A stretch of 64,000 nucleotides of DNA from NCBI GenBank assembly GCA_051294375.1, contig CM119264.1:20033590-20097589 (forward strand), written 5' to 3'. The position numbers and the translations under genes are program-made. Position 1 is the first letter of the stretch, and every line of letters begins with the position of its first letter. The notes under the pieces were generated by a model. It was not told the DNA's origin and made no database searches. It saw only the letters and a program-made list of their open reading frames with translations. This document shows, in pieces, positions 28,001 to 42,800 of this stretch. This DNA comes from Paraspadella gotoi. Taxonomy: Eukaryota > Animalia > Chaetognatha.

Positions 28001-31000
28001 ATTGTTGCTCAAAAAACTAGGCTTTCCTCGCAAAACCTCTGGTTTCAAGAGATGCAAATGGATTTTTTCTCAACAAATTGATCATTCTTGATCCCAAAAA
28101 TGATGCGCAAAAATGTGCCAGCAGCAATTCTGGCGATAGTCATTTTATACATCTTTCCTACTGTATATTAAGGCCTTATAATCATCCATATATGTGAAAC
28201 TGATATAATATATATATTATGATCTTAAGATTTATTTTGCCTTTTTTCTGCTTACAACAATTCCTCCTTTGCTAAATATACTTGATACCTATAATTATTA
28301 TAATGGGTAATATCTTTATTATAGTCTTTATTTTTAACAAATTTAAAACATAAACCTAAAGAACCATTGTTGATCCACAATATCTGATACTTTAAATAAA
28401 ATTTTCGGTATCCGTTTTTTCTTTGATTATAAAGAATTAAAACCGAAAAATAATCGACTTAGAATTAGTGTTTCCTTAACCGTTAATTTTTCTACAACGT
28501 CAGTTAACCGTTAAAAATCGACTTTTTTAACTGTTAACGGTTAAAATCGGTTAATTTAGATACTTAGCTTATTTGAAAATATAAATGCAAAAAAGAAAAA
28601 AAATTAAAACTTAGTATTCTAATCTTATTTCAATACATAGGATGCACTAATAAAGTAATGAAAGACACTGAATTAATTATAATAAAAATATCAATGATAG
28701 CTGTTAAATTTTAAAAAAGATAGAAGCTCATAATCATTATCTTTAAAAAGCATCAAAAGTTAAAGTTTTGCGTTAAGAGATAAAATTTTCTTTCGCACTT
28801 CTCTGCTTACACTGAGTAGTGCAGAATATATTTTTTCAAAACCTCATTTTTTAAAAACTTTCATAGAGCTTTGTGCTGACTTGTTTTTACTCATCTCAGC
28901 CCACAAAAATTTAAGGATACGGTCTGTTTTAAAGATATATTTTCATTGAAAATCAGTGTGCAACTAGCAATCTTGACAGTTTCCAAAGTAAATAGTCATT
29001 CATAGCAGGCCAATACAAAAAAATTTTAAAATAACTTGGTTTATGTGGATTTGATCTCCGGACCCACGGCCCACGTTACGAGACACGGCCAATATCGCCA
29101 CTTTATCAGTTAAAGATATTTTTGCTTTAGGTTACTTATCAACTTACTAATGTTAACATTTCATCTTTTGTTTTATTTAAACTAAACAACTACTCCGTCT
29201 AGTAGAAAACAGCTGATCAAAATGTAACTTGATTCATTGGAAATATTTCATTATCAAAATCAAATGAACCAAATAACCAAGGAATCCAATTCGTTATTAA
29301 TTAGTCATTAAGTTATTCTGTAATTAATCTGTTATTAATTAATTAATTAATTTCTCGAATTGAATTGTTTATTATATAGATATTTCTATTGCTTGTTGGC
29401 AAAAGCAGAGGAATATCTATATGCTTTGATTATTTTATTAAGGTTCCCTTTTACATGAAAACCAAGCAAGTTGGTTAAATTAACTTTTAAACAAGCTCAA
29501 CGAACATTTGGTTGATGCCACGAGCGTCAGAGTCGACGCCACTTCCGGTAAAGCTGACGCCATCCACATATATATCACGCTCGTGTATTCAGGTGTTCAA
29601 GTATATGATGAATGAAAAGTAGAGATGAAGATTTAGAAACTTTTATTTATATCAAAATGTCCACATTAAATCCAGTAAAACTCAAGTTCAGGACGGGCGA
29701 TGCTACGTTTAGTAAGTCATTTGGCCGAATGACAGAAATAAACTGAGGCAAACATAATATAAATAATAAATATTGTCTTTCTTTTTGTTGTATAGTAAAT
29801 ATTTTTTTAAAAAAGTTGAACTTTTATTTCAAAAAGAAACGTACATGTTTCAACTCTTGTTACGAGTGTTCTTCAGCGTTAACAAGTTTTTTAAATGGTA
29901 TACAAAATTTGTGCAAAAGAAGGAAGAGAGAGAGAGAGAAGAGGAGAGAGAGAAAAAAAATAGAAACTTTGCCCTCTCTTTATTTTTCTCTCTCAAATCA
30001 AATGTGAATCCAATACTACTATGTATTATGAATTATAAAAAAGCGTTTTCCAAAATTTTGGTTGAATATCCTTGACTGCAGTAAGGAGGCAGTAACGTTA
30101 CTCCAAATTGACGTAAATCAGTGGCGTAAATCAAATATTTAAAAGTCAAACTTGGAATTAACAATTAAAGTACACTTCATTAGGCCTAATATAAGGTTTA
30201 AAACCATCGAATGAAAAAAATCAGTATTTTTAAAATTTTTGTGCAATACCCTCCCATGCTCATTTTTTAGTTGCGCCGTGAGTACTCCGGAGCAAGGCGA
30301 AAGTTACTTTTAGTTATTATTATCCTTGGATGTGTGGGTCAATCATGCGACAGTGTGGCTATCAAGTTCAAATTAGTTTTTACGTCATTTTTTTGAATTT
30401 TGCCGTTCGGACGATCATTGGCAGTATAGATCGTGTTTGTTGGCGTAAATCAAATATTTAAAAGTCAAACTTGGAATTAACAATTAAAGTACACTTCATT
30501 AGGCCTAATATAAGGTTTAAAACCATCGAATGAAAAAAAATCAGTATTTTTAAAATTTTTGTGCAATACCCTACCCATGCTCATTTTTTAGTTGCGCCGT
30601 GAGTACTCACGGAGCAAGGCGAAAGTTACTTTTAGTTATTATTATCCTTGGATGTGTGGGTCAATCATGCGACAGTGTGGCTATCAAGTTCAAATTAGTT
30701 TTTACGTCATTTTTTTGAATTTCGCCGTTCGGACGATCATTGGCAGTAGAGATCGTGTTTGTTCAAACTTGTTATTATTGCATATATAGCATAAATTAAC
30801 CAAATTATTTTTTATAACAGGATATGACGGCGGAAGCTCAGTTCAAGGATATGTGATTGAAAAAAGAGCTGCTGATGATTCCACATGGATTAAGGTAATC
30901 AATGATTTCGAGAAATTAATCTTTCATCTTCTGTTTACATTTTTTTTTCGCAGGTGCGGTTTGTTATTTCAGATGTTACCATATGTGTGTGTGAAGGGCT

Positions 31001-33803
31001 GCAGGAAGGCATTGAATACTACTTCCGTGTTCGGGCCGTAAATTCCATCGGTCATGGTGATGCACTCACGTCGCCGCTCCCGGTCATCCCCAAAAATCCC
31101 CCAAAAGTTCCGCTTCCTCCAAACAATTTAGAAGCAATTAAAATTACTCCTAACAGCGCAACACTACTCTTCGAACCACCATTTAATGATGGCGGATCAA
31201 TGATTACTCATTATGTCATGGAGATGAAGGCTGTGAATAAAGTAAATTCATATGATTTTGTTAATTATTTATTCGGAATATTAAGAGCTTTAATATACTT
31301 ACATAGGAATGGGAAGAATGCGGTACTACTGACAATGTTGACTTGAAAATTTCAATTGGAAGATTGAAAGAAGGTCGACCTTATTTGTTTCGAGTCAAAG
31401 CAGTGAATGCGGTGGGCCAGTCATTCCATTGTGATATATCTAGGCCAGTTATTCCACGTAGGCCCTTGGAACCCCCAGCGCCTCCTAGAGGTAAGCATAT
31501 CGTAATTCGTTGTTCCCCCTCTCTTCCAAATTGTCAAAATCTTGATAATAAAGCGCTTATTCAATAATTATCAGTTATTAAACATCAATGATGTCATTAT
31601 GTGTTTTGCGACAATTTTTTACCCGATGAGTTCATTTTTTATTAAGTGATTCAAGACATGATTTAAACTGTTGTTCAGATTCATGACGTTATTATAATTT
31701 ATGACCTTAAAGGCTTAAACCATTCTAATCCATGAAGTAATTTTTACTCTTGACCTAATTTCAACCTTCAATAATTCCGACTAGTGAAGCATTTTTAAAT
31801 ATTTTGTATTTATTTTGTATGTAAATATGATTTAAGTAAGTAGATTTCACCCGAGTCGCGGATCCGATTCTGTTTTTCGTTCTGATTCCATCTGCGATGA
31901 TATTTTCAATTCACGACTACAGACTAGACTCGGCCAATTTTTTTAAATAACAAATATCTTTAGAATTTTTCATCAGTGAGCAATCAATCAATAAATCGAT
32001 CATTCAAAAAATTATTCAATTATGTTGAGGCGACTTATGATCGGTCTCTCTCTCTCTAAACCCTTCCTCTCTCCTTTTCCTTCGCGCCGGTTAATCCCCA
32101 ATCCCTCGTCTCACTTCTTTTCTACTTCTCTTACATCGTCACAAGCCCTCATCTTTTTTCCTACCTTTATTATAATGTTATAATTTTAATGTTCATGATC
32201 GGAATTTATGAGACTATCGATCGAAAATCAGGGTTTACGAAAGTCAGTGAGAGAGAAAAAGAGAAAAGAGAGAAAAAGAGAAAAGAGAGAAAAAGAGAAG
32301 GAAAAAAAGAAATAACGAAAGAAAAGAAAGAAAGAAAGAAAAAAAAAAGAGAAACATCATCGCAGGAGTATCTAGTAACCAAAAGCAAATCGTATCGGAG
32401 ACTTGGGCTATCTCCGCGGAAATGGACTCAGAATAATAATAATAATAATCAGAATAATAATAATAATAATAAGTCAGTAGGAATTACAACATGCTCTCTC
32501 GATTTGACATGAGTTGAAAACCAGAAAATATAAGAGCTCTCTCTCTCTTCTTTATTTAATTCTTTCTTTCTTTCTTTCTTTCTTTGTTTCTTTCTTTCTT
32601 TTTCTCTCTTCCCTCTTACAAGATAATGACATAGTCCTTGCAAGCTTTCAAACAAAACTCCATCACAGTCTTGTTTATTCACTCCCAGAGTTTCTGGCTT
32701 CCCTATCAATGAAGTGGTATAATGTTTCAAAGAATGTATGAAAAGACCGGGGAAGATCAGGGAATACTTTATTGTACTCCGCCCAGCATCAAAATACAAG
32801 GACTTATATATGAATTTCAAACTGTCTATAAAAATATTGCGTGCAGACGCGATTTTGTGATTTAGAAAAAAAAAATGTTTTTGATTGAATGAATTTTTAT
32901 TTAAAATTAGGACATGTTTCGACTCTTGTTCGAGCCTTCATCAGCTCATTTGTGAAACATCATTTGTGAAACATTAAAAATTTTTGACAATAATGAAAGA
33001 GAGTAAGAGACTAAAGAGAGAGAGTCCGAATTTTAAAAACATAAAAATTCATTTGCCGAATCAAAAACAACTTTTTTCTACAAACTTGTGTTTCATTGAA
33101 TAGGAATGAACTTCATTAAGATGTTAGATCGCTAATATCTATTAATTCATTACTAGCGTTACTACGTCATTATTTTTTTAACTAATCAGGTCCCCTAAGA
33201 ATAAAAAAATTTGACAAAACATTCATGAGCATTGAATGGAGTCGACCATTGTTTGACGGCGGAGAAACTGTCACTGGTTATTCTCTTGAAATTAGAGATG
33301 CATCACGAATTGACTGGGTAACCTTTTAATAATAATTTGTATGTTTGACAAATGATGAATTAAAAATTTTAGCTCATTTTTCTTTCATCGTTTTTTTAGG
33401 TTCATGTCGCTGACTTTGATGCAAATGTATTTTCTCATACGATAACCGGACTTATAGCTGGGCAGAGCTATTACGTAAATGTTCGGGCAAGAAATTCAGT
33501 TGGTCTTGGATCTCCTTTAGAAATGGATCGACCACATTTGGCGAGAAGTCCATTTAGTAAACCAGGTAGAGTATTATTAAAACAGATGTTTTGCGGTTAA
33601 ATATTTCAATCGGCCATTCTACCTCTGAGTAGTATTTCGAGAACAAAGACTAATTTTAATGGTAAATTATTTTTAAGCCACCACTAAATTTTAGATTGGT
33701 TGTTTGTTTTTTAAATTTTTATCATGATTAGATGTTGTAAATGCGTATTAAGCATTTTGTAGTGGGATTCATGTAAAAGCGCATATTTCTACTCCAACAA
33801 ACA

Positions 33804-33845
<42 letters not shown>

Positions 33846-36800
33846 TAATATTAATTTATAATCAGGATTGTTTGATGGTGGTTTGTATCTGTTGAATTTA
33901 TCGATGTTTTTGTTTCTGATTAGGAAAACCGAAGGGACCTATCCGGGTTTTAGATTGTAACAAATCGACTGTTACTATTGCCTGGGACCACCCTGATGAC
34001 GATGGCGGAAGTGCAATTATGAATTATCATATAGAAAGACGTGAAGCTAATTTGGTTACCTGGGTACCAGTTATGTCTGTTCGTGGATCTATTACGAATG
34101 CTATTGTGGATCTCTGTCCAATTGATCCAGTACCTTGCCACTTAACAGAACATAAGCAGGTAAAAAGGTTCCCATTAAGTTTAAAATAAACTGTCATAAT
34201 TAAGTTTAAATCAGTTTAAATTTAATTATTATTATTATTATTCTGAAAATGGATTACTTTTCATTAAGTTATCTCTATATAATTCTTGTATTTTTTTAAC
34301 AGTATGTTCTTGCGGTATACTCAGAAAATCTAGAAGGCAGAGGGGAGCCTTTGCTTAGTCATGCAATTACTCCACGAAGAAAGCCAGGTGAATGTCAACC
34401 CGAGGATCACGCGCATCACATATATCATGACCATTCTCCAACACATTTTCTCTAAATCTGATTATTTTTCAATGGTTGTAAAACTCGAACCAAAGCAATA
34501 AAAATTTCGTATTATAAAAGTTCCAAGTGTCAGCCAAAATTTTTTATATTTAAGAAATTTTGAATATTGGCTACACATGTAAAATTTTACATAGTAGAAT
34601 TCCGACAAATTACCTTTATGTTTATTAGATTTAAAAAATACATATTTCAGATTTTATGAAACTTCTAATAGTATGTGTTGTCTTTGGTTGAGTGAAAAAT
34701 GTAATTTGTTATTTGCACACGTTTTTATTAAAAATAATGACTTATTGAAACAAAGTGTTTTAAATTCTTATTACTGATTCTTTATCTTATTTAAAACGTA
34801 TTTGAGATTATTAGCTATCAATACTGAGGCGACTTTAAACACAAACAACAGTCTTTTTTTTTTGCACAGTTTGGTTAATCATAATAAGGGTAATTAGGCA
34901 AACTTTGAAAAACATTTCTAAAGATTCTCTTAAATATTTTACCCCTGCACTTTTAATTTTAAGCATATTTTTTCTCTTTTTTGCCAGATTGTTTGTGAGA
35001 GGCAACAATTTAAAACCGGCCGATGAAAAAAAATCGCTATTAAAAAACCTGTGATAGTTTTTTTTTTTTTTTTTTTGAAACAACAATTTTGCAGTACGGA
35101 CTGAGGTATTTTGTTTGTACAATTTTAAATGGCTAAGTTAGATTTACGTTTGTTACTAACAAAATATCAATAATTTGTTTCTAACAAAATATCAATAATT
35201 ACTAAGTTCTATTCGAAAAATATTAAATATATATACGTAGGTTTTTGAACGATCGAATTTTTAGATCGGCGGCTTTCAAATTGTTCAATAGATGAAGAGT
35301 TAAAAAAATCGATAAAAAATAGGGTCACTACAATGAAATGATTTTTTGATTCGATATGACTATTACGATTATCTTAATACAGAAAAAGAAAATATAGAAA
35401 ACATCCTACCGTTATAAGAATTATTAAACACTAAAATAATATGAATTTAAGCTAGATTTTGAATAATTTTTAACTAATAACAATTCATTAATTTACGTTT
35501 TATCTGTGAATGGCAGAGCCTCCTGGGGAACCATTAAGTGTTGGCATATGGAAAAGAACAAAAGATTCTGTTACTTTAGACTGGCTCTTTCCAGTAGATA
35601 ATGGAGGTTCCCCTATTATAGAGTATGAAATTGAAATGAAGGATGCGGCTACCGATATTTGGAAATTTCATGGGAGTATTCCTGCAGCTGATCAAGGCCC
35701 CCATTGCGCGTGTCCTCATACATTAGCGTCCACTACGTATACTGTAACCCAATTAAAACAAGATCACCAGTATTTGTTTCGAGTCTTTGCAAAAAATGTG
35801 ATAGGCCGCAGCAAACCTGCGGAAACATCTTCATTGGCAGCTCCTAAAAAACCCGAAGGTCAGTTACGTTAACTGCACAAAATAACGCAGAATAAATATT
35901 TGCATGAAACCTGTCATTTACCAAGTTGTGATGTGGTTAAGCATTTATCGTAACTACAAGTCGGGGCAAAAATGTAATCTGTTTTTGATATATTTTGATT
36001 TCATTCATGCCTTGTTTTTAAATTTGCGCTAATACATTTACAAAATATTATAATTTGTAATAATATGGTTAGTTAAAGAATATACTTATTAATACAAAGC
36101 TCCTCGTCAACTTCGTAGCTCTTTTTTTGCATTTGATTCTGAGATTTTCCTCGTATGATATGGCGAGTTATTTTTGATTGTGTTGGGGGATCACCAATTT
36201 GTAACTTTGCCATTGATGTATTTTTATAACATTTTTTGGTAATATAATTCATTTGTTAATTTTTTATGGCTTATTTAATAGATAATAGCTAGTCAATTGA
36301 ACTGCATGCAAGGCGTGGTCTATTTATTTGCTTTTCTCGCTTTACTAGAAACATATTGCATGAACATTGAACAAGAAAGTGCACGAAATGTTTAAAACCA
36401 ATTAGGTTTTAAAAAAAACCGAACTTTCGTAATGTTTGTGGAATTCCAAAATATTTTCAGTTGCGCAGAGAATACAAAAAAGTAATTCTATAAGTCACTT
36501 TTCGGTTGGTCTGTCTGTCAGTCGAACCGACCTAATTATGTTTCAGTTTCAAATATTAATAACTCAGGAAATACTACATGTACTATGAGATGAATATTTA
36601 GTCGGGCATTGCGACAAGTTCACACGTGTGGCAAATAAACGAGGTGAGGTTCAGATCGAAAATGATTTATTCTCCAACAAATAATACTAAGTCTAAAAAA
36701 GTCTAAAACCATAAACAATAAACTTCACAGAGAGACCGGCTGAGGACAGCCGGTAGAGAGTGGTGGTAACCGGTGATCGGCCAGTGGTTGAGAGGGAGAG

Positions 36801-39800
36801 AGATGAACAGATGAGGTCGCGTGTTGCTGCTGCCACACCCCGCCTATAAGCCCTCAATCGTGACCCGGTAGCTCATTGAGGAATACAATCAGTTCATGTG
36901 ACCGAGATACATTCACAATGGTACTTACGTTGCGGGAATCGTGAGGACGCCCGTAAACCGCCTTGGGCATAGAAAACCCTCAACTTTGGCTCAAGTTTGG
37001 TTTTATGCTTAGGTCCCGTTCGATGGCTGCTAGAGCGGGTAAAAGAGTTGTGGAATGCGGATAGCCCTTTAGCCCTTTATCAACAATGGTAATTAATTAA
37101 TGAAGCGATTTTTATGCATAATTTTTCATACTTAATAGCTTATACTTTTTACTACTTGTCCTATAGTGACTTTCGATTTCCTTGTGTTTAAAATTGTATA
37201 ACAAACAATTTTTTTTGTTTTCAAACAATGAGTTATTATTAAATACCAGGATGGAAAAAAAATTGTCGCGGTTTGAATTTTTTCCATAGCACGTTTTTGA
37301 GAAAATTTAATTTAAAAAAATTCATAAATTAAAAAAAAAAATTTAAACAAAATTTATGTATTTAAGACAAGTAAGTAAAATTAGATATTCATCCTGATGT
37401 ATTTTTCAAGACCTTTCAGATAAACCTATTTTCATCATTGTAAGATGATTCATTCACGAGATAATAGACTTACAAGTAATATTTTCATATTTTTAGTCGG
37501 ATCTGCTTTCAGCAGATCCCGACTCTATAATTCACTTTGTCGGTCCGTCGGTCCACCCCCTCAATCTTGTCGGGCATTCACTTATATCATGTCAGAACAT
37601 CGTGTCGGTAACGTGACCTGTGACCCTCAATGGATGACGGATAGAGAGCTGAACTATGCATAGTCTGTCTAATTAGTTTTTGAAGTTACATGAAATAATT
37701 GTAGATTGCCAAAGTTGTATTAGTTAATAAAACAGTTGACAAAATATTGCATCTTACTCCCTTGAGATCTAAAAATGGAATGTACTAAAATCTCGGCCTC
37801 CCTCTCGTCTCTCTTCCTTTGTTTATTCTACTTAGACAAAATGTTTACAAAATAAAATAAGCGCCGAGTTCCTGGGAATCTATGAAATATTAAACTTTGG
37901 AACTGAAAAAATTTAGAGAGATAAAATTTGAACGAAAGTTAATTACAAAATTGGAGGCTAATTAAAATATAACTAACAATCGAATTATGATAAATTATGC
38001 AAAAAAAACGATGTCCGTCCCACCTTAGCAAAAAACACCAATTACTCGTGATTGGATGGATGGATTTGAATGAAATTTTGTGTGTGGGTAGGGAAGTGTG
38101 TGATTGAGCTGGATATGAAGTTTCGATGGAATCGTCCGAGTGGAAATGAGTTTAAATGGAAAAAACAAAAAAATATATTTCACTATTTGAACATTTATTC
38201 ATGAGTGGATGGGGTGATTGACTTGAAATTTTGTATTTGGGTAGAAAAGTGTGTGATTAAACTGGAAATCAAGTTTCGATGGAATCGTTTGAGTGGAAAT
38301 GAGTTTAAATGGAAAAAACAAAGAACCTGTTTCACTAATTGATTATGCTTCTTTTTCTTTTTTTTTTTAAATGTAAATGCAAGATGTATTAATTACTCAA
38401 ATAATTAATTAGTTAATTAATCAATTAGTAAATTAATCAATCAAAACAAACATTTTGGATCAAATTAATTGCATAATTGCATAATTAATTAAATAATTAA
38501 CTTGAATAAATTAATTATTAATTAATTAAATAATTAATTATTAATTAATTTATTAAAAAATTGGATTAATTAATTAATTAATTACCGATAATGATCGTGG
38601 GCAGATCCGACATTGTTTGCTCAAACATGTTTTATTATATATTTCTTTTCTAATCATTTATTTTTATTAGCATTAAGTCATCTCTACTCCTGCTTGTAAA
38701 AAATACAATGAAATGGTTTAAAGCATTTTTGTAATTAAAATAAATAAGGAAAAATGAAAAAAAAAAAATATTTAAACACTTTTACTAATATTAGTTATTC
38801 CATCTATATTTAGACCAAGTAAGTAAAATTAGGTATTTATCATGATCGTAATTTATATTTCAAGAGCTTTCAGAGGAACCCATTTTCATCACTGAAAGAT
38901 GATTCATTCATGACTCATGAGATAATAAACTTAAAAGTTATATTATTTTTTTAGTTTCAACCAATCTTATCTTCGTCCCTGTCCTTACCTTCACCTGTCC
39001 TCACATCTGACCACTGTCCTTTCTAAATTCTTTGTTGGAATCTCCCTCCTCTCTTTCTCTCTCTCTCTCTCTCACTCTCAAAGCTAATTTTAAAGAGAGA
39101 AAATTGTTGATTATTAAAAATCGCTGAAGAAGACTCTTAATAAAGAGTTGAAACTTGTCCGACTTATATCCAATAATAAATCGTTGTTGACCTTAAAAAC
39201 TGTTTTTCCTAATTTATTATTTTTTTATATTAAATTAAATTCTTTTTCTATCTCTTTCATTTTCTTTTCCCCTAGCCTTTTTTTCTTTCTCTCCCACACT
39301 CTTTTTTTTCCAACACAGAGTTGAGACAGAATAGTGGTCAGTTGGTGAGGACAGGCTTAAGAGAGAACAGAATGAGATTTTAGTTTTGAATAAGAAATGA
39401 AATAGTCAAGGAAAGAGAGAGAGAGAGACTGCCCGCCGTTCTCTGCGTGAGCAATTGGTGAAACCGAAAGATAAAATCCCCAGACCGAAAACATCATGAG
39501 TCTACTGGACGGCCTGTGTGGGGCCGGGCAACCAACCCTTCACAGCAGCATACGTGGGCGAGACCTCCCTCCAAGCTATGATTCGCTTATCAAAGGCCCC
39601 GCCACCACCACGTCCACACAATGATTCCCCCGTCTCCACTCAACGAGACAAGCGGAAACCCTTGCGCAGGCAATGGGCAGGCGATACCTCTCCCTCGAAT
39701 GTAGCAACCTCTGGTTAAAACTCGGCTGAATAAAATATATGCTAGATGGCGTCTGAAATTATGCCAGAAATGGCTAAAATTTTTAATCAATGTGCTAAAA

Positions 39801-42800
39801 ATTATGCTATATTTTTTTTATAATTTGCGTACACAATGTGTATGAAAGAAAAAAATAATTAATGTAATAATAAATGTCGTTTTGACTTTATTATTATTTC
39901 AAAGAAAGCCGAAATATTTAATACATTGTATTGAAACTAAAAAAAACAAACAAAAAACAAACAAAATCGCACTCGAATAATTTTTTTCTTATAATAGATA
40001 CCTCATAGGAGAGCTAATTTTAATTATTTTTTTTATATATTTTTATGCCAGTCCCTGGAGGATGATGTCAATAATCACTTGCAAAAAAACATTTTAAAAT
40101 TCCTACAATAGTTTCCAAGATATGGTCATAAACATAAGCCTTAAAAGACAAAATTTATCAGAATAAAATTTTCAAGTTTTTCTTTAGAAAGATTTCTGAC
40201 GCGCTAGTACTAACTATTTAAAAAAATAGAAAACGTTTTGCTGATTTCTTCAAGCATTTACCATAAATAAGTTATACGATGGGTACAACTGAAAGTGATA
40301 TGTCTCTAGATGACGAAAAATTTTTCTTCAAGTTTTATATTAAAATTTAAGTATTATAACAATAGGATTAAGTGAGATACAAAGATTTGTACTGCTTAGT
40401 TCAAAACTTCAAATCCTTAGTTCTTTAATGGTAAAACAAGTTTGAGCCAACAATGTCGGATCTCCCACGATTATTATCGGTAATTAATTCATTAATAATT
40501 AAATAATTCAAGTTAATTAATTAATGAGGCAATTAATTAATTAATTTGATCCCAAATGTTTGTTTTTAGGTCTTTTCACCACGACAAAAGCAATGACGAC
40601 GATGAGAATAATGTCGATAACAATTGACTTGATTGATTGACTGATTAATTAATTATTGATTAATTAATTGACTAATTGATTAACTAATTGATTAATTATC
40701 TGATTTATTAATACATCCTGCTTTTAAATTTAATATAAAAGGAAAAAGAAGCATAATCAATTAGTGAAACAGGTTTTTTGTTTTTTCCATTTAAACTCAT
40801 TTCCACTCAAACGATTCCATCAAAACTTGATTTCCACTTTAATCACACACCTTTCTACCCAAATACAAAATTTCAAGTCAATCGCCCGATCCACTCATGA
40901 GTAATTGGTGTTCAAATAGTGAAATATATTTTTTTGTTTTTTCCATTTAAACTCATTTCCACTCAGACGATTCCATCGAAACTTCATATCCAGCTCAATC
41001 ACACACTTCCCTACCCAAACACAAAATTTCATTCCAATTCATCCATCCAATCACGAGTAATTGGTGTTTTTTGCTAAGGTGGGACGGATGGACATGGGAC
41101 ATCTTTCTAAAATATTTTTATTATATTTTATCCATAATTATTTACACAGCTTTTGTTTAAATTAGAGTTAAAAGTATAACAGTTTTTTGCAATAAAAATT
41201 TCAATGAAGGCATATGAAATTTTTTATTTTTCTTTTGTAATTTGAAAAGGAAAGACTGAATTACATTTTGATTACCATTAAATTTTCTCTACTGCATAAA
41301 TTTGCTTGTATTTTTCAGTTAAAGTAAAAAACAAGCACAAATTGTTGTAATAGCTTGATAAAATGTTAGAGGGTGATTGTTGTGGGCGATGCCGGCGGAC
41401 GCCGGCCGGGCTTGAGAAGCACGAGACCCTCTAACGTATGAACTACAATGTCAGTTAACCACACGGCGGCACGGTCGACCACAATGTTGCCCACAGTATA
41501 GGATCTGCGAATATGAATACACAAGAGACGGGGACGCCAACTAGATTAGGACACACACTCGAACACGTACTTTCTATGATAATTAATACACGATGCTCAC
41601 AGGGCTGAAAGGGAAAACAATAATATAAATAGACATGAATCAAATAGACAATGTTTAATAATAACATGCATCGGCAAGTTCAGAGTCTTTGAGATTGTCC
41701 ATGATATTGTCTCCAACAAAAATGTCTTTTTAAATATTAAAAATGATAAATATAAAAATGTTTTCAGCTTGATATAAACAGTCTGGATGTCTACCTTCTT
41801 CTCTGTGAAAAAAAATCGTCCTTTTTCATTATCTTTAACTGCAAACAAAACGCTTGACACTCTGCTTGTTTATCATAATAAAATTTTAAAAAATTATATA
41901 GCTGGCGACATATTTGACAAAGCAAGACATTATTGTGTTTATTTGTATGGATAATTTTCTTTTAAATATAACAACCTTTATACTAGGATTTTAATTCGAT
42001 TATCTATCATCCATTTTAATTAAGAAAAAGAATTTCGCGGAATAGCCCATTGGAAAGGGTTCATTGAATGACTTAATGATCGAATTTTTTAGGTTTCTTT
42101 ACTGCCCCCATTTTACAAGACATAATAGGTAATGATTGCCTATACAAGTAATTTATTTTTACCTGAGATAAAAAATATTATTGAATTTTGAATGGATTGG
42201 AAAAAGAAAGGACAAAGCTTGCCCAATACTTATTGCCCATTGCTTTAAAACCAAAGATAATTAATAATTTGTTAGATTATCAAAATAATAAAATATAATC
42301 AAAATATAACTCAGAGAAATAGATAGGTTACTTTTTGTTGCATTTAAAATTAATTTTATAAAAATTAGAACAATAAAAACATTTATATGTTGAAAACCTT
42401 ACTTCCGGTTAAGGCCACGCCCCAATATAACGATATTTTTTCGAATTAATAAAACAAAACTAGCTACTGGTGTTTTTTAACTAATAATGGTGAAAAATTC
42501 TTAAGTTTTAGCATATTAAAACTCTTTCTTTAAAAATTATTATCATTTTTCGTCAAATTATTTTTGCTTCAGTACTAGTTCACTTTGACGCTCTATTGGG
42601 TTTATTAGCAAAAACATTTTTTGGTCAAACAGGCTTTTAAAATGAATTTAAGACAAGAAATAATGGGAAACCGGACCGAGTGAGAACTATGTATGGGGTT
42701 TTTTCAGGCTGGGGAACTCTATTGTACATGAATTTTTTAAAAATTATTTTTCTTTAAATCTTTTTTTCAATTAAATTTTCTCAAAAACGTTCTTTGGAAA

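Noticed and set aside
29040-29102. tRNA-like A/B boxes on the minus strand
   Set aside because: Too degenerate for a cloverleaf; at most a decayed SINE head.
30121-30772. Tandem duplication as a functional repeat
   Set aside because: Intronic, transposon-derived, differs by single-base indels; could be an assembly overlap.
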